A stretch of 34,445 nucleotides of DNA from a virus (taxonomy: Duplodnaviria > Caudoviricetes), in IMG/VR virus record IMGVR_UViG_3300005764_000046, positions 1 through 34,445 of that record. One strand, 5' to 3'. The position numbers were made by a program, and so were the translations under genes. The notes below the pieces were generated by a model. It searched no databases. It was not told where the DNA came from and saw only the letters and a program-made list of their open reading frames with translations. Shown here in pieces: positions 33,373 to 34,445 of the stretch; position 1 is the first letter of the stretch, and each line of letters opens with the position of its first letter.

Positions 33373-34445
33373 TGCGCCAGGGCGCTCGCCCAATCGCCGT
33401 CACTCGTCTGCCGACAAATCTTCACGTTCGGATACCAATTCTTGACCCAGCGCCAGCTTGCCCACTTGCTCAACAGCAGCTTGACGTTGGGGTGTCCGAT
33501 CGCGCCGGCGAGATGCACGGCCGCGGTGTCGACGGTGATGATTTCGTCCATGCACAGCATGAGCGCGGCGCAGTCGGCGAAGTCTTCGAAGTCAAAACAC
33601 TTCACGCCACGAACCCAACTATCATCCGGCCGCTGCGTCTGCACGCTATAGAGATCAGCGTCATGATCCAGTCTCGCCCAGAGTTCGTCGAATGAGATCT
33701 CGCGCGGATAGTCGCCGTTGCTCGGCTTGCCTACCGACCAAGCGATGCCGATGCGTTTGCGCGTGGCCAACCCAAGCCGCGCGCGCCAGTTGTCGACAAG
33801 ATTGAGATGGACGCTGAGATAGGGCGGATCCGGCGGCGCGTCCGGCTCGACCTGCAGGCGGGTGAGCAAATGCAGAAATGGAATGAAGTAATCGCACTTC
33901 GACAACTCAAAGGAATCTCCGAACGGCATCGCTAGACGCGCAAGCTCATTCGGCACGTGCACCGAGATCTTGGCACCCATCGTGTGCAGATGCGGAATGT
34001 AGCGCAGGCATTGGATCGTATCACCGAAGCCGTGGGCGTGAATTACGAGTATCCGTTTGCCCATCAAATCTTCACCACGCCACGGCGCGAGCCCAGCCGC
34101 TAATGCCTCTTTGACTTGTGGCCGAATGAACGGCGCGTGCTGCTCGAGCTTCTCGTATTCGTCGAGGCCTTCACGCCATCGCCCCATCGCCAACAAAATC
34201 ATACTTCGATTGAATCTTGCGCGCAGCGTCGGGGCGAGCGCGATCGCGGCGTCGGAATAGAGCAGTGCCGCGGAAAGCTCGCCAACCTTGTAGGCGTCAA
34301 CGGCGGCGTTGAAGTGCTCGAGGTACTCGCCAATATCGATCGGCTTTGGCGGTTTGAGCACTGGCCGCACGCCGATCGCATTGCCGCGGAATGTAACGGT
34401 GATCTCGTTGGGCACGTCGACCTTGTGGCCGTTCGCGCTTTTGAC
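33366..34445 (-). CDS. TPR + glycosyltransferase family 9-like protein (5' end probably outside the window)
   Basis: TPR-like helices, then GKRILVIHAHGFGDTIQCLRY, RIGIAWS and DFADCAALM..MDEIITVDTAAVHLAGAIG. The frame is open to the window edge. Confidence 0.85.
   Translation of the reverse strand, partial: VKSANGHKVDVPNEITVTFRGNAIGVRPVLKPPKPIDIGEYLEHFNAAVDAYKVGELSAALLYSDAAIALAPTLRARFNRSMILLAMGRWREGLDEYEKLEQHAPFIRPQVKEALAAGLAPWRGEDLMGKRILVIHAHGFGDTIQCLRYIPHLHTMGAKISVHVPNELARLAMPFGDSFELSKCDYFIPFLHLLTRLQVEPDAPPDPPYLSVHLNLVDNWRARLGLATRKRIGIAWSVGKPSNGDYPREISFDELWARLDHDADLYSVQTQRPDDSWVRGVKCFDFEDFADCAALMLCMDEIITVDTAAVHLAGAIGHPNVKLLLSKWASWRWVKNWYPNVKICRQTSDGDWASALAQC

Overview
This window is the virion morphogenesis region of a tailed phage or prophage, encoded almost entirely on the minus strand and read from right to left. 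The host is tentatively alphaproteobacterial, judged only from how the proteins resemble known families. It combines an HK97-type head (prohead protease-major capsid fusion, portal, head-tail adaptors) with a Mu-like contractile tail (sheath, tube, frameshifted chaperone, gp43-gp48 baseplate, fibre). No terminase, integrase, lysis genes, RNA genes or CRISPR array are visible. The unusual features are: (1) an ADP-ribosyltransferase and a lethal-factor-like zinc protease, upstream of the capsid gene, that share an identical 24-aa N-terminal tag with only synonymous DNA differences, suggesting capsid-packaged effectors; (2) two tandem tape-measure paralogs carrying different predicted cell-wall enzymes; (3) a set of proteins with Mtd_N-like N-termini and/or DGGxY/F-type C-termini that may form a modular fibre system; (4) a second capsid-protein paralog; (5) an antisense HNH-AP2 gene split by a peptide-plus-partner cassette; (6) an HNH insertion that appears to leave baseplate J with an ATT start; (7) the same ~65-aa insert in two different tail proteins. 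All family calls come from reading motifs; no database searches were run.
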